Positions 1 to 8,231 of a stretch of 24,072 bases of DNA are shown here, piece by piece; the stretch's first letter is position 1; every line of letters begins with the position of its first letter. Location of the stretch: the NCBI GenBank assembly GCA_018985225.1, contig JADGIF010000062.1:1-24072 (forward strand), given 5' to 3'. A model generated the notes under the pieces. The model saw only the letters and a list, made by a program, of their open reading frames with translations, made no database searches and had not been told where the DNA came from. The stretch comes from Amoeboradix gromovi X-113. Its lineage: Eukaryota > Fungi > Sanchytriomycota. A program made the translations under genes and the position numbers.

Positions 1-184
1 TGAGATGATCAAAGACCTCATACATTTGAACGAGATGCAGGGTCTTCTAGTTTTATTTTGAAGAGGGGATTGAAAGTAATGAAAGAAAACTGATATAATA
101 GAAGATCTTTTATTAATGATAGCATTTCCTCTGTATGGTGCACCTTTAAAAACGAGTTAGTCTAGTTTTTATATTTGGTGTCCC
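1..184. mobile_element. End of a TIR DNA-transposon-derived element, truncated by the window start; inverted copy of the element at 13418-13855
   Basis: 1-184 matches the reverse complement of 13418-13559 apart from two indels (23-45 and 131-153) and scattered substitutions. The reverse complement of 155-184 (GGGACACCAAATATAAAAACTAGACTAACT) matches the TIR at 13418-13447 at 29/30 positions. Confidence 0.85.
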
Positions 185-294
185 AATTGAATAAAACGCT
201 GTCTTGACTAAATGTTAGTTTATCTGTCGTAATTCTCGGTTTTTAAAGAATCAGGGCTTTTATTGAAAGCTGAAGTCGCAGTTTATATCATTTA

Positions 295-2040
295 CTAATC
301 GGATATCTTAAAATACGCAAATTGCAAAAGCCTGGATTCCTTTCTTATTGTTTCATTAATCGTAAGTTCATCAATTGACTGCAAGAACTGGATCAAATCT
401 ATAACCAATTCGGGCATAATTTGGACAGTTGCAATCTTGTATAGATGCGATAGAAAAATTCTCTTTATATAGAACCAGTTGTCAATTGTCAATTTATCAA
501 TCGGTTCAACGCTCTCCATAATCTTGTCGAGCCCAAATTGATAATTATCATTCACACAGTACAATGTTCCAATCATTAGATTTATATAGCAGCGCTGAAC
601 CGAATCCTCTATTTTTGTTAGTAATATTTCAGCTTTTTCATTTAAATGACTAGAAATATAGCATACACATAGGTTGCCTGAAACCACTGCCTGGTTAGAG
701 TTTGCACTCTCATACAGTGGAATAGCATCCGAATACTTCTCTTGTATAAAGTACACATTGGCCAAATTGATTTTCCAAACATCGCTGTCTGACAGATAAT
801 CAGCGTGCTGCCTTAAAAGTTGCTCCAAGACTTTGTATTTCTTATCATCCCACAAAAGCTTACCTTGTGCCATAATAAACTGATTTAATCTTGTGCAATG
901 CTCCATCAATGACTCTAGGACTTCTGAAGATTTAGACTTTGTTTCCTTTTTCATATTCAAAAAAAATTTAACCTTTTCTCGTTCGCTCTTAACTAACTTT
1001 TCTAGGATCTCAAAAGAGTGAGTAGAGCTGCCTAATTGCAGTAATACAGCATCAATATATTCTTTGGATGATTGATCTAGCAAATCTTTGGCCAGCTTCT
1101 CATGTTGGGCTAGTAAGTCTGCCGCAAGTGCTATTTGTCCTAATTGTATGTATAGCAAAATCAGGTTTTTAAATGCATCATCGACTTCTATATGAGGTTG
1201 ACTGAGAATATGCTTTAGTTTGTCACACGATTCAATAGGGCTGTCTTGGGACTGAGTGATAGCCAAGTTGTGTAGTGTGATCGCATCAATTTGAGATTCG
1301 TGGCGGCGAGGCATCTCTAACAAAGTTGTGGAAACTAAGTTGTCTTGCTTTGTGCTCTGCAAGATACACGCTTTTAGATTGTGAGCCTCAATTAAACAGG
1401 ATTTTGTTAAAGCATCTGAATTATGAAGATAAATATCCCTTTCTTTCGTTTTTTGAAAATCGGGATAATCCTGAAATCCTTTTAAGATAACCTCATTGAT
1501 GGTCTTAAGAGCTTCTTCAAAGTTCTTTTGATTGTACTGCGCAAGAGATATAACATACGCGACGTCTGCTTTGAATCCGTACTTTTTTTTATAATCCAGC
1601 AGTAATTCCAATCCTTCTTTATTTTTGTTCTGTCTAATTAAGAGGCATGATTTATTATACAGCACATCCATACTATTCTTGCATTTATCTAAGAGCTGCA
1701 GGCACATATCAATCTCACCTTGTTCATATTTAATAGCTGCCAGTACTTGGGGCTCATTTAAAGATACACATGCTTGATAAGCTGCTTCATATTCGCCCAA
1801 ATTATATAAACACATTGCGTAGTAGAGTTTATAATTGTATTTGAATTCTACAGCTAAGCAATTTGCATATTGCTCTTGGGCCTTGTGATATTCACCTAGA
1901 TTATAGTAGCAATAAGCCATAAGGGAATATTTTGCTAAACAGTTCTTCAGGTTCATTAAATTTTCGATGGCTATTTCTAAATCTCCGTTCTGAATCCAAG
2001 TATAGATTTTAGTAGTCAAGGAAGATGGTGATGAGTTCAT
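295..2040 (-). CDS. IFT70: Intraflagellar transport protein IFT70/TTC30/DYF-1/fleer (TPR protein), divergent, 581 aa
   Basis: TPR repeats plus family motifs LIEAHNLKA (cf. EAFNLKA), EMPRRHESQIDAITLHNLA (cf. DMPPRxEEELDPVTLHNQA), WKINLANVYFIQEKYSDAIPLYE, VSGNLCVCYI and CYINLMIGTLYCVNDNYQFGLDKIMESVEP...DNWFYIKRIFLS (cf. CIVNLVIGTLYCAKGNYDFGISRVIKSLEP...DTWYYAKRCFLS). Confidence 0.93.
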   Translation of the reverse strand: MNSSPSSLTTKIYTWIQNGDLEIAIENLMNLKNCLAKYSLMAYCYYNLGEYHKAQEQYANCLAVEFKYNYKLYYAMCLYNLGEYEAAYQACVSLNEPQVLAAIKYEQGEIDMCLQLLDKCKNSMDVLYNKSCLLIRQNKNKEGLELLLDYKKKYGFKADVAYVISLAQYNQKNFEEALKTINEVILKGFQDYPDFQKTKERDIYLHNSDALTKSCLIEAHNLKACILQSTKQDNLVSTTLLEMPRRHESQIDAITLHNLAITQSQDSPIESCDKLKHILSQPHIEVDDAFKNLILLYIQLGQIALAADLLAQHEKLAKDLLDQSSKEYIDAVLLQLGSSTHSFEILEKLVKSEREKVKFFLNMKKETKSKSSEVLESLMEHCTRLNQFIMAQGKLLWDDKKYKVLEQLLRQHADYLSDSDVWKINLANVYFIQEKYSDAIPLYESANSNQAVVSGNLCVCYISSHLNEKAEILLTKIEDSVQRCYINLMIGTLYCVNDNYQFGLDKIMESVEPIDKLTIDNWFYIKRIFLSHLYKIATVQIMPELVIDLIQFLQSIDELTINETIRKESRLLQFAYFKISD

Positions 2041-2282
2041 TGTTTCAAATCTAACAATTTTCCATGAGTCATTTAAAAAGACAAAGCCGTGATAATACAG
2101 CCTGAATGTTATATCTCCTCATAGAAGTCCTAATTTACGAAAAAATCAAGAATTTCACAAAGAAACAGTCGCTTAGTTACGGTAGTTGTTGACGCTTCGA
2201 CAGCCTTGAAGCGAGGTTAGAGAGGGATTCAAATCGACATCAGTCTTAAAGATTTCGAAAAATGAGTTGATACACGGGTGTT

Positions 2283-4475
2283 ATGCTCTCTACATTTACT
2301 TTTAATCTTGAATATTTAAAAAGCAACGCATTTGTTAGATACTTTATCGAAGAGAACCATGGAAACATATCTTCTAATGGCTGGCTACTCGTGGATAAGG
2401 ACAAGTCATCCATTGATGTTAACGATCAATTTAGAAGCAGGTATTTAAATATTCAGTTTTTGGCAGATGCAGCGCACCTAAAGCGCATTTTCAATGTTGA
2501 AAGGTATTTGGTGTTTGATCCTCTGGAAAGTCACGACACTTTGCAAGATGTTTGCTTCAGCGAACCATTAGAATTCAACTTCGAAGATATCGTAAACAAA
2601 AAGATATATCTTTCGTCCGGAATTGGAAGTAAACTAGCTGGAATTGACAAATTTTCTTCCATACTGCGACAAGGTGGTGCAAATGTCTTTACTTCGGTTT
2701 CTGATTTAAAGCAATTATCTGATATGGATTATTGTATATTCAACACCATAAGCAGCGAAGAATTCATCTATGCATATGAGCATAATATCACAATTGGCAA
2801 CACCTATTGGCTAATGACTCTATTGAGTCATGGATTCAGAAAACCGACTTCAATGCAATTTTGGATGCCATTTCCCCATAAAGATGCCAATTTTTCTAAT
2901 TTGGTGATATCAATCACCAACATTGAAGGCAAAGCTAGGGAGTATATCCAGAAGATTGTGAAACTACTTGGTGCTCAGTTTACCGGCCAACTCTCGAAAA
3001 ATTGTACACATCTCATTTGCGGTCAGCTGCAAGGTAACAAATATAATAAGGCATTACAGTGGGGAAATATACAACTCGTGAATTCATTATGGATTGAAGA
3101 TTGCTTTACTAACTGGGACTATTTGGATCCAAACTTGACTGCTTATCAGCATATTTCAAAAGTTATTAAACCTAACGAAAAGTTGGGTATTACTTCTTGC
3201 AATTTAAAAGTGATTAAAGAATCTTTAGAATTAGAGAAATCGAGACTAAGCAGATCTTTGAAATCCCAGAATAAATCTTTTGACAAATCCGTCAACAACG
3301 AGAATATAAACTCAGACTTGATCCCGGGCAAGCCGAATAGCCATGAACTGCCTGAAGCTACTCTATTAGGTTCCAGCTATTCAGTTCCAAAAAAAGCAAC
3401 ACCGGTCGAAGATAACCAGAAATCTGGAATCTGTAGAGATGAGCCAACAGGTGAAAACAAACCGCTGCCTGGCAAGCATTCGGAGCAGAAGATAGATCAT
3501 CCGGGAATTACTGCCCAGTCAATCACAAATGCTCTTGAAGATACCAGTAATTACTTCAACACTTGTGAAAAACCTGAAAGGATTAAAATTAAAGATAAAT
3601 TTACCACAAATCAGGACTTTAAAGCTAAATTAAACATTAAAAGTACCCAGTTGTTTCTAGAAAAGCCAAACTCTCAAACTCCAACAAGTTCTAAAATACT
3701 GGAGAAGGATATTTTAGACTTTAATAAAACTCTTGAAATATTGTCGCCAGAAGGGCTGAGATCTGTATTAGGTGAGTCTATGGCTCACAGCTCTGTTATA
3801 GCGGAGGTCGATGTCTACGATGATAAACAAAATAGTAAACCGGAGCCCATAATACCTATTGAAAGAAAAAGAACTGCATCTCAAAACTCGATGTCCAAGA
3901 AAAAGAGGTCCACAAGTAACAAATCTGTTTATCTGATGTTTACAAAAGGTGAGGCAACAAAATCACAATCAAAAACTATAAGCTCACTTGGATTTAGCAA
4001 ATGCAAGGATTTTAAGCAATGTACGCATCTGATTGCAGATTCAGTTAAAACTACTGAGAAGTTTTTATGTGCCGTAGGAAAAGGAAAACAAATAGTTACG
4101 CCCTTATGGATAAGTGCTAGCGGAAAGATAAATGATGTGGAGGATTGTGACAATTACAGGCCCAAATCTAATGTGTTCAAGGATTTGTGTCTATCGCAAT
4201 CTATTAGTCGAGCATTGGAACAGCCATTGTTTGAAAAAACCAAGTTTGTAATATCAAAATCAAAGAATTTACCACCAGCTGATGCTTTAACAAACATGAT
4301 AACTAGCAGTGGTGGCAAAGTTGTAAAGATGATTAAAGCAAATGAGATACTAAACAGCGTTTATGTTTGTGCAGATGAGAAGGAATCAGTGGCGATTAAA
4401 GAGCAATACAACGGAATAAAAGTTCTAACAAAAGAGGAGTTGTTCAGATGCATTCTTTTCCAAGAACTTCAATAA
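2283..4475 (+). CDS. Multi-BRCT DNA-damage scaffold, Rtt107/Brc1/PTIP-like, 730 aa
   Basis: N-terminal BRCTs including LVISITNIEGKAREYIQKIVKLLGAQFTGQLSKNCTHLIC...GNKYNKALQWG..LVNSLWIEDCF; a low-complexity middle with a basic patch (RKR...SKKKRS); a C-terminal tandem BRCT with CTHLIADSVKTTEKFLCAV...IVTPLWI and MITSSGGKV, typical of phospho-H2A-binding BRCT pairs. Confidence 0.8.
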   Translation: MLSTFTFNLEYLKSNAFVRYFIEENHGNISSNGWLLVDKDKSSIDVNDQFRSRYLNIQFLADAAHLKRIFNVERYLVFDPLESHDTLQDVCFSEPLEFNFEDIVNKKIYLSSGIGSKLAGIDKFSSILRQGGANVFTSVSDLKQLSDMDYCIFNTISSEEFIYAYEHNITIGNTYWLMTLLSHGFRKPTSMQFWMPFPHKDANFSNLVISITNIEGKAREYIQKIVKLLGAQFTGQLSKNCTHLICGQLQGNKYNKALQWGNIQLVNSLWIEDCFTNWDYLDPNLTAYQHISKVIKPNEKLGITSCNLKVIKESLELEKSRLSRSLKSQNKSFDKSVNNENINSDLIPGKPNSHELPEATLLGSSYSVPKKATPVEDNQKSGICRDEPTGENKPLPGKHSEQKIDHPGITAQSITNALEDTSNYFNTCEKPERIKIKDKFTTNQDFKAKLNIKSTQLFLEKPNSQTPTSSKILEKDILDFNKTLEILSPEGLRSVLGESMAHSSVIAEVDVYDDKQNSKPEPIIPIERKRTASQNSMSKKKRSTSNKSVYLMFTKGEATKSQSKTISSLGFSKCKDFKQCTHLIADSVKTTEKFLCAVGKGKQIVTPLWISASGKINDVEDCDNYRPKSNVFKDLCLSQSISRALEQPLFEKTKFVISKSKNLPPADALTNMITSSGGKVVKMIKANEILNSVYVCADEKESVAIKEQYNGIKVLTKEELFRCILFQELQ

Positions 4476-4476
4476 A
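4471..4476 (+). terminator. AATAAA polyadenylation signal overlapping the BRCT gene stop codon (representative of a recurring pattern)
   Basis: CAATAAAC contains the TAA stop at 4473-4475. The same overlap occurs at 9592-9597 (-) and 13350-13355 (+); close downstream copies occur at 259-264 (-), 4718-4723, 8189-8194, 13857-13862 (-) and 23844-23849. Confidence 0.6.
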
Positions 4477-4535
4477 CTCGCTTTAATAATTTTATTTTTC
4501 ATTTTTACAAAAATCCCCATTGAAACAGATAAGAA

Positions 4536-4712
4536 ATGTTTAAATCATTTTTGTCAATGAAAGTATATTCAAATGACGTGATTACACCTGTAAAGCCATT
4601 TCTAGTATCAGCAGTTGCTACCTGGCTTATTGCATATAAAGTGAGAGAAATGGGAATGGCTGCAGACTCAAAATCAGTTGAGCATACTGAGGATAATGTA
4701 GTAGGACATTGA
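4536..4712 (+). CDS. ATP18: Mitochondrial F1Fo ATP synthase subunit j (i/j, Atp18), 58 aa; absent from the supplied ORF track
   Basis: Hand translation: MFKSFLSMKVYSNDVITPVKPFLVSAVATWLIAYKVREMGMAADSKSVEHTEDNVVGH*. One TM segment; the pattern SFxxxKxYSxxVxxPxxPF-hydrophobic-KxRxxxM matches fungal Atp18 as I recall it (S. pombe SFFGLKRYSTPILKPMLPFF...KLRDAMM). AATAAA follows at 4718-4723. Confidence 0.78.
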   Translation: MFKSFLSMKVYSNDVITPVKPFLVSAVATWLIAYKVREMGMAADSKSVEHTEDNVVGH

Positions 4713-4809
4713 GAATCAATAAATATATGCTGTTTATTTCAGCGAAATGCCTTTATCTTGTTCAAGTTTTTAGCAAGACAATCTCCATAAAACAACTATC
4801 GTGCCAAGA

Positions 4810-7800
4810 ATGTCAGTATACTCAAAAGGTATGACGGCTAAGGTGAAAGATTCCTTGTATACAATAGTCGAGATTGAAAGCGAGTCTATTTCTTCTGTAG
4901 TGTACAAAGTGTCGTGCAACAATACAACTTATGCTTTGAAAAGCTGGAAAAACAAGGAAAAGTTTGTTTATAATGAAATACAAGCGTCAAAAAATGCTAG
5001 TAACAATCCCCATGTTGTAGAGTATGTGAATTCTACGATTATTCCTGTTAAATCTGACGTTCAAGGTTTACTCATTTTGGAGTATCTACCGGGAGGTACA
5101 CTCAAGTCATTCATTGAGAATCAAGAGTCTTATCTAAATGATCTATTAGTTTTGCAAACATTCACAAATCTTACTAGTGCCATCTCTTTTCTGCATTCCA
5201 TCAATCCTCCTATCTATCACCTAAATATCAATACTTCCAACATCATGCTAATTGACCCCAATGATCCCAAATCATTGAAATTGATTGATTTTGCTTTGTC
5301 TTCTACTTCTCCAATATACGTCGATAAATTAAAACCCACCCAAATCAAGAACTACATTCAGTATTTCACTAAAAACATGATCGTACAATTTTCTAGTCCT
5401 GAGATTCTAAACTTCAGATTTAATATCACTTATGCCTGTGATATTTGGTCATTGGGTTGCATCTTGTATAACTTACTCTTTTTGAAACATTGCTTTAACA
5501 CTGCCAATGAAGTCCTCTCTTCAGAATTTAGAATGTGCAATGATGTCAAGTATCCTCCGTTTTTCGATATTCTCCTTTCAAAGTTGCTTCTGAAAGACCC
5601 AAAATTAAGATTAAAAGCTGGACATGTTTTAAATGAGTGTTCTGATTATCTGAGTTCTCTTGTTGATGGTGGTTCTCATACACACAATGAAAATGATGCT
5701 AGCGATGTTGTTATCGCTGGCAAGGTAAAGCTACATGCCACCCATCTACTAGATATTCCTAACTTCAAATCAGTCAAGAAACCATTGCGCCATATCAACT
5801 TCCAGTTTCCATTAGAATGCTGTATATGTAACAACTCCGTTGTTTATACTATACCCATGGATGCTTCATTGCTTTGCAAGCACAACATTAAGGCTGATTT
5901 GGCTATTTATAATCCCGCGTCACATCTATTGATTACAACCGATGGTAGTGTAGTAGACGTTTACAATGTTAATTTAAAGCAACGTATATTGTCTCAATCG
6001 TTATCCAACGTTCAATTCATGTCCTGGCTAGATGATGACCTGATTGCCATCTTGACTATGGAAGTTGTATATCATTTCAATATTACTACAAACGAACTTA
6101 CAGAAATGGCTGGCATATTCTCTAGTGTTATGGAGCATCAAATCGTCTATTATGATGTTGATGACATCCACGATCCTAGTTGGTTGTTACTAACGTCACC
6201 TAATCCTGCAGATCCTCAGTTCGGTCAAATTCAACTACATTCTATGCTCAAGAGTGGCTCTCAAATTATTCCTGGTGAATTGGCTCGGTTAACTAATTCC
6301 AATAGTGACGTTTTGTTAATGTTGATTAACCGTGGCCAAACTCATTCTTATCTTCATATAGTTGCTGTAGTTCCTGGAAAACAACCCAGCAGTATCAAAC
6401 TGCCTATAAAGAATGAATCCATTATGACGCTGGATGTGCATGCAGATGATTGTTATATGAGCACAAATACTGGTCGTATCATAATTTACAATTTTATTGC
6501 AAAATCATTTCGATACAACTCAACTGTATTGAAATACGGTTTAATCAAGTCATTTATCAATGATGATGCTTACTACGGTATTACTGTCAATGGCAAGATT
6601 TTTAGTATAACAGAGAGTACAAGTGTAGAAAGCAGTGTAGCTAGTACATCTAGTACGGTAGCCGATACAGCCTCTAATACTTTGGATAGAACTGCAAGTG
6701 CACCAGACAGTTCGGTTAGAGGCGCAGCACAACGCAAATCAATTACTCCCGATCCGCGTAACAAGACCAAAGAGGGCGAAAAAGCCACAAGTATTCGTAG
6801 CAAATTAAACTCAAGTAGCACTCGTAACAGCCTTAAAAGCGTTCCAAGTAAATTGGAAGACACAGATGTCACAAAGTTTAATTCTTTGTTAACTAGAATA
6901 TCTGCTAATCAGGCGGTAGACGCGAATGAATCTGTTCTGTTTTGTAAATACGGCAACACATTAGGGCTTAGCCAACTAGTGTTTAGTTACATTAGTGAAA
7001 ACAAGTTGACTATTAGCGAGGAATTGGGTGATGAATTGATTAGAGTTGACAACAAGCCATTGGCATTAGAATGTTATCAGAAGTCTAATTCGCATGACAA
7101 AGTATGCAGGCTGATGGCTGATGACTCTAAATATTCGGAATTAATTGAGTATTTGGATCAAGTTGAATACAAACCAGTAGATGAATCTATATTACAAGAG
7201 TTGGTATTCGTTGATGAGGAATTGGCGTTCAAATACGGCCTCAAGTATTATAGCACAGAGCTAGAGGTAATAGAGAATATAAGTAGAATTATGATGGAGT
7301 CCAACGAGAATACGCTGGCTACATCCTTTCTTGTAAAGCATATCATAGATGCTGAAGAATACGGCTCACTGCAGACTAAACTGATCAAGTTAATCATGAA
7401 CGAAAATGTAAGCAAGGCCAATGAATTGCTGAAGAGTGAAAAGTACACAAAGTATGATAAATGGTCAACTAGCGTAGCTTGCATAGACGCTCAGTTGTAT
7501 GATACTGCTATATCTCTCTATCATAGCAGGGAGTTGATGTTCAATAAGAATGACATTCTCAGTAGTAATCCTATTTACCATGAGCTGGCCAATCATCTGT
7601 TTAACAAGGCCAATGCTGAGTACTGGCAAAAGGCTATAGATTTACTAGACACAAATCGATCTACAGAAACTAGAGACTACGCATTAGTAGACATTAGCGA
7701 AGACTCCAAATTCGGATGTTTAATGAGGTCTTTGCTGGACGGAAACAGCTTAAACAGCCAAGAATCTTTATTTAGCTTGTTAGAATCATTAATAAGCAAT

Positions 7801-8184
7801 AAAAAATTGTACTGGTTGTACCATCTACTAGATTTTGTTATGCAAGGTGAACTAAAGAAAAACAAAAGCATACAGACACTATACGCGTTATGTTTATTAT
7901 TAGCAGATCATAATGTTGAAGAAATAGAGAACCTAACGGAACTGGACTACTTGACTACGAGTATGGTAGCACAAAAAATGGGAAACAATGAGCTAGGATT
8001 TGACATATTGAATAGGTTTAAAGAGTATGCCAAGGCAACAGAATTGTTGATGGAGCTAGATATGACTCGAGCGCTGGATTATGCTAATGAAATAAACAAT
8101 GCAGAAGTCTGGGAGATGGTAGGAAAGAAGATTGTTATGGAAATGAGAAGTAATAAAGACCTGTATAGGATATTGAAAAGCTAG
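4810..8184 (+). CDS. Fusion protein: N-terminal NAK (Ark1/Prk1/AAK1)-like pseudokinase plus truncated, internally deleted clathrin heavy chain (first ATG at 4810; the ORF track starts at GTG 4801)
   Basis: Kinase (~4850-5650): YALK, NEI, LLILEYLPGGTL, LHSINPPIYHLNINTSNIML, KLIDFA, QFSSPEI, CDIWSLGCILYNLLF. Clathrin propeller (~5720-6618): IKADLAIYNPAS, VQFMSWLDDDLIAILTMEVVYHF, QIVYYD..WLLLT, GQIQLHS..SQIIPG, GITVNGKIFSI. Clathrin leg (~6870-8140): KLTISEELGD, LALECYQKSNSHDKV, GSLQTKLI, YTKYDK, RALDYANEINNAEVW. Confidence 0.88.
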   Translation: MSVYSKGMTAKVKDSLYTIVEIESESISSVVYKVSCNNTTYALKSWKNKEKFVYNEIQASKNASNNPHVVEYVNSTIIPVKSDVQGLLILEYLPGGTLKSFIENQESYLNDLLVLQTFTNLTSAISFLHSINPPIYHLNINTSNIMLIDPNDPKSLKLIDFALSSTSPIYVDKLKPTQIKNYIQYFTKNMIVQFSSPEILNFRFNITYACDIWSLGCILYNLLFLKHCFNTANEVLSSEFRMCNDVKYPPFFDILLSKLLLKDPKLRLKAGHVLNECSDYLSSLVDGGSHTHNENDASDVVIAGKVKLHATHLLDIPNFKSVKKPLRHINFQFPLECCICNNSVVYTIPMDASLLCKHNIKADLAIYNPASHLLITTDGSVVDVYNVNLKQRILSQSLSNVQFMSWLDDDLIAILTMEVVYHFNITTNELTEMAGIFSSVMEHQIVYYDVDDIHDPSWLLLTSPNPADPQFGQIQLHSMLKSGSQIIPGELARLTNSNSDVLLMLINRGQTHSYLHIVAVVPGKQPSSIKLPIKNESIMTLDVHADDCYMSTNTGRIIIYNFIAKSFRYNSTVLKYGLIKSFINDDAYYGITVNGKIFSITESTSVESSVASTSSTVADTASNTLDRTASAPDSSVRGAAQRKSITPDPRNKTKEGEKATSIRSKLNSSSTRNSLKSVPSKLEDTDVTKFNSLLTRISANQAVDANESVLFCKYGNTLGLSQLVFSYISENKLTISEELGDELIRVDNKPLALECYQKSNSHDKVCRLMADDSKYSELIEYLDQVEYKPVDESILQELVFVDEELAFKYGLKYYSTELEVIENISRIMMESNENTLATSFLVKHIIDAEEYGSLQTKLIKLIMNENVSKANELLKSEKYTKYDKWSTSVACIDAQLYDTAISLYHSRELMFNKNDILSSNPIYHELANHLFNKANAEYWQKAIDLLDTNRSTETRDYALVDISEDSKFGCLMRSLLDGNSLNSQESLFSLLESLISNKKLYWLYHLLDFVMQGELKKNKSIQTLYALCLLLADHNVEEIENLTELDYLTTSMVAQKMGNNELGFDILNRFKEYAKATELLMELDMTRALDYANEINNAEVWEMVGKKIVMEMRSNKDLYRILKS

Positions 8185-8231
8185 CATAAATAAAACAGAT
8201 TTACTGCATTCCTGGTGCTTTGATTTTCATA

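Noticed and set aside
2162-2240. tRNA-like appearance: GCTTAGTTACGGTAG (A-box-like), hairpin CGCTTCG-ACAGCCT-TGAAGCG and GGATTCAAATC (B-box-like) in the IFT70/BRCT divergent spacer
   Set aside because: No acceptor stem or T-stem can be paired and the B box lacks GTTC; it cannot be folded as a cloverleaf by eye. tRNAscan-SE would settle it.
2262-2270. Tiny upstream ORF ATG-AGT-TGA before the BRCT gene
   Set aside because: Expected by chance in AT-rich DNA, and the transcription start is unknown.
3146-4153. Short antisense ORFs inside the BRCT gene (3146-3331, 3929-4153)
   Set aside because: Shadow ORFs opposite a well-supported CDS, with no recognisable motifs.
6550-7871. Short antisense ORFs inside the kinase-clathrin gene
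   Set aside because: Shadow ORFs; the S/L-rich composition is what the reverse of coding DNA produces.
4810-8184. Calling this gene the canonical clathrin heavy chain CHC1, or GAK/auxilin
   Set aside because: It lacks the proximal leg and trimerisation domain of CHC1, and lacks the PTEN-like and J domains of GAK.
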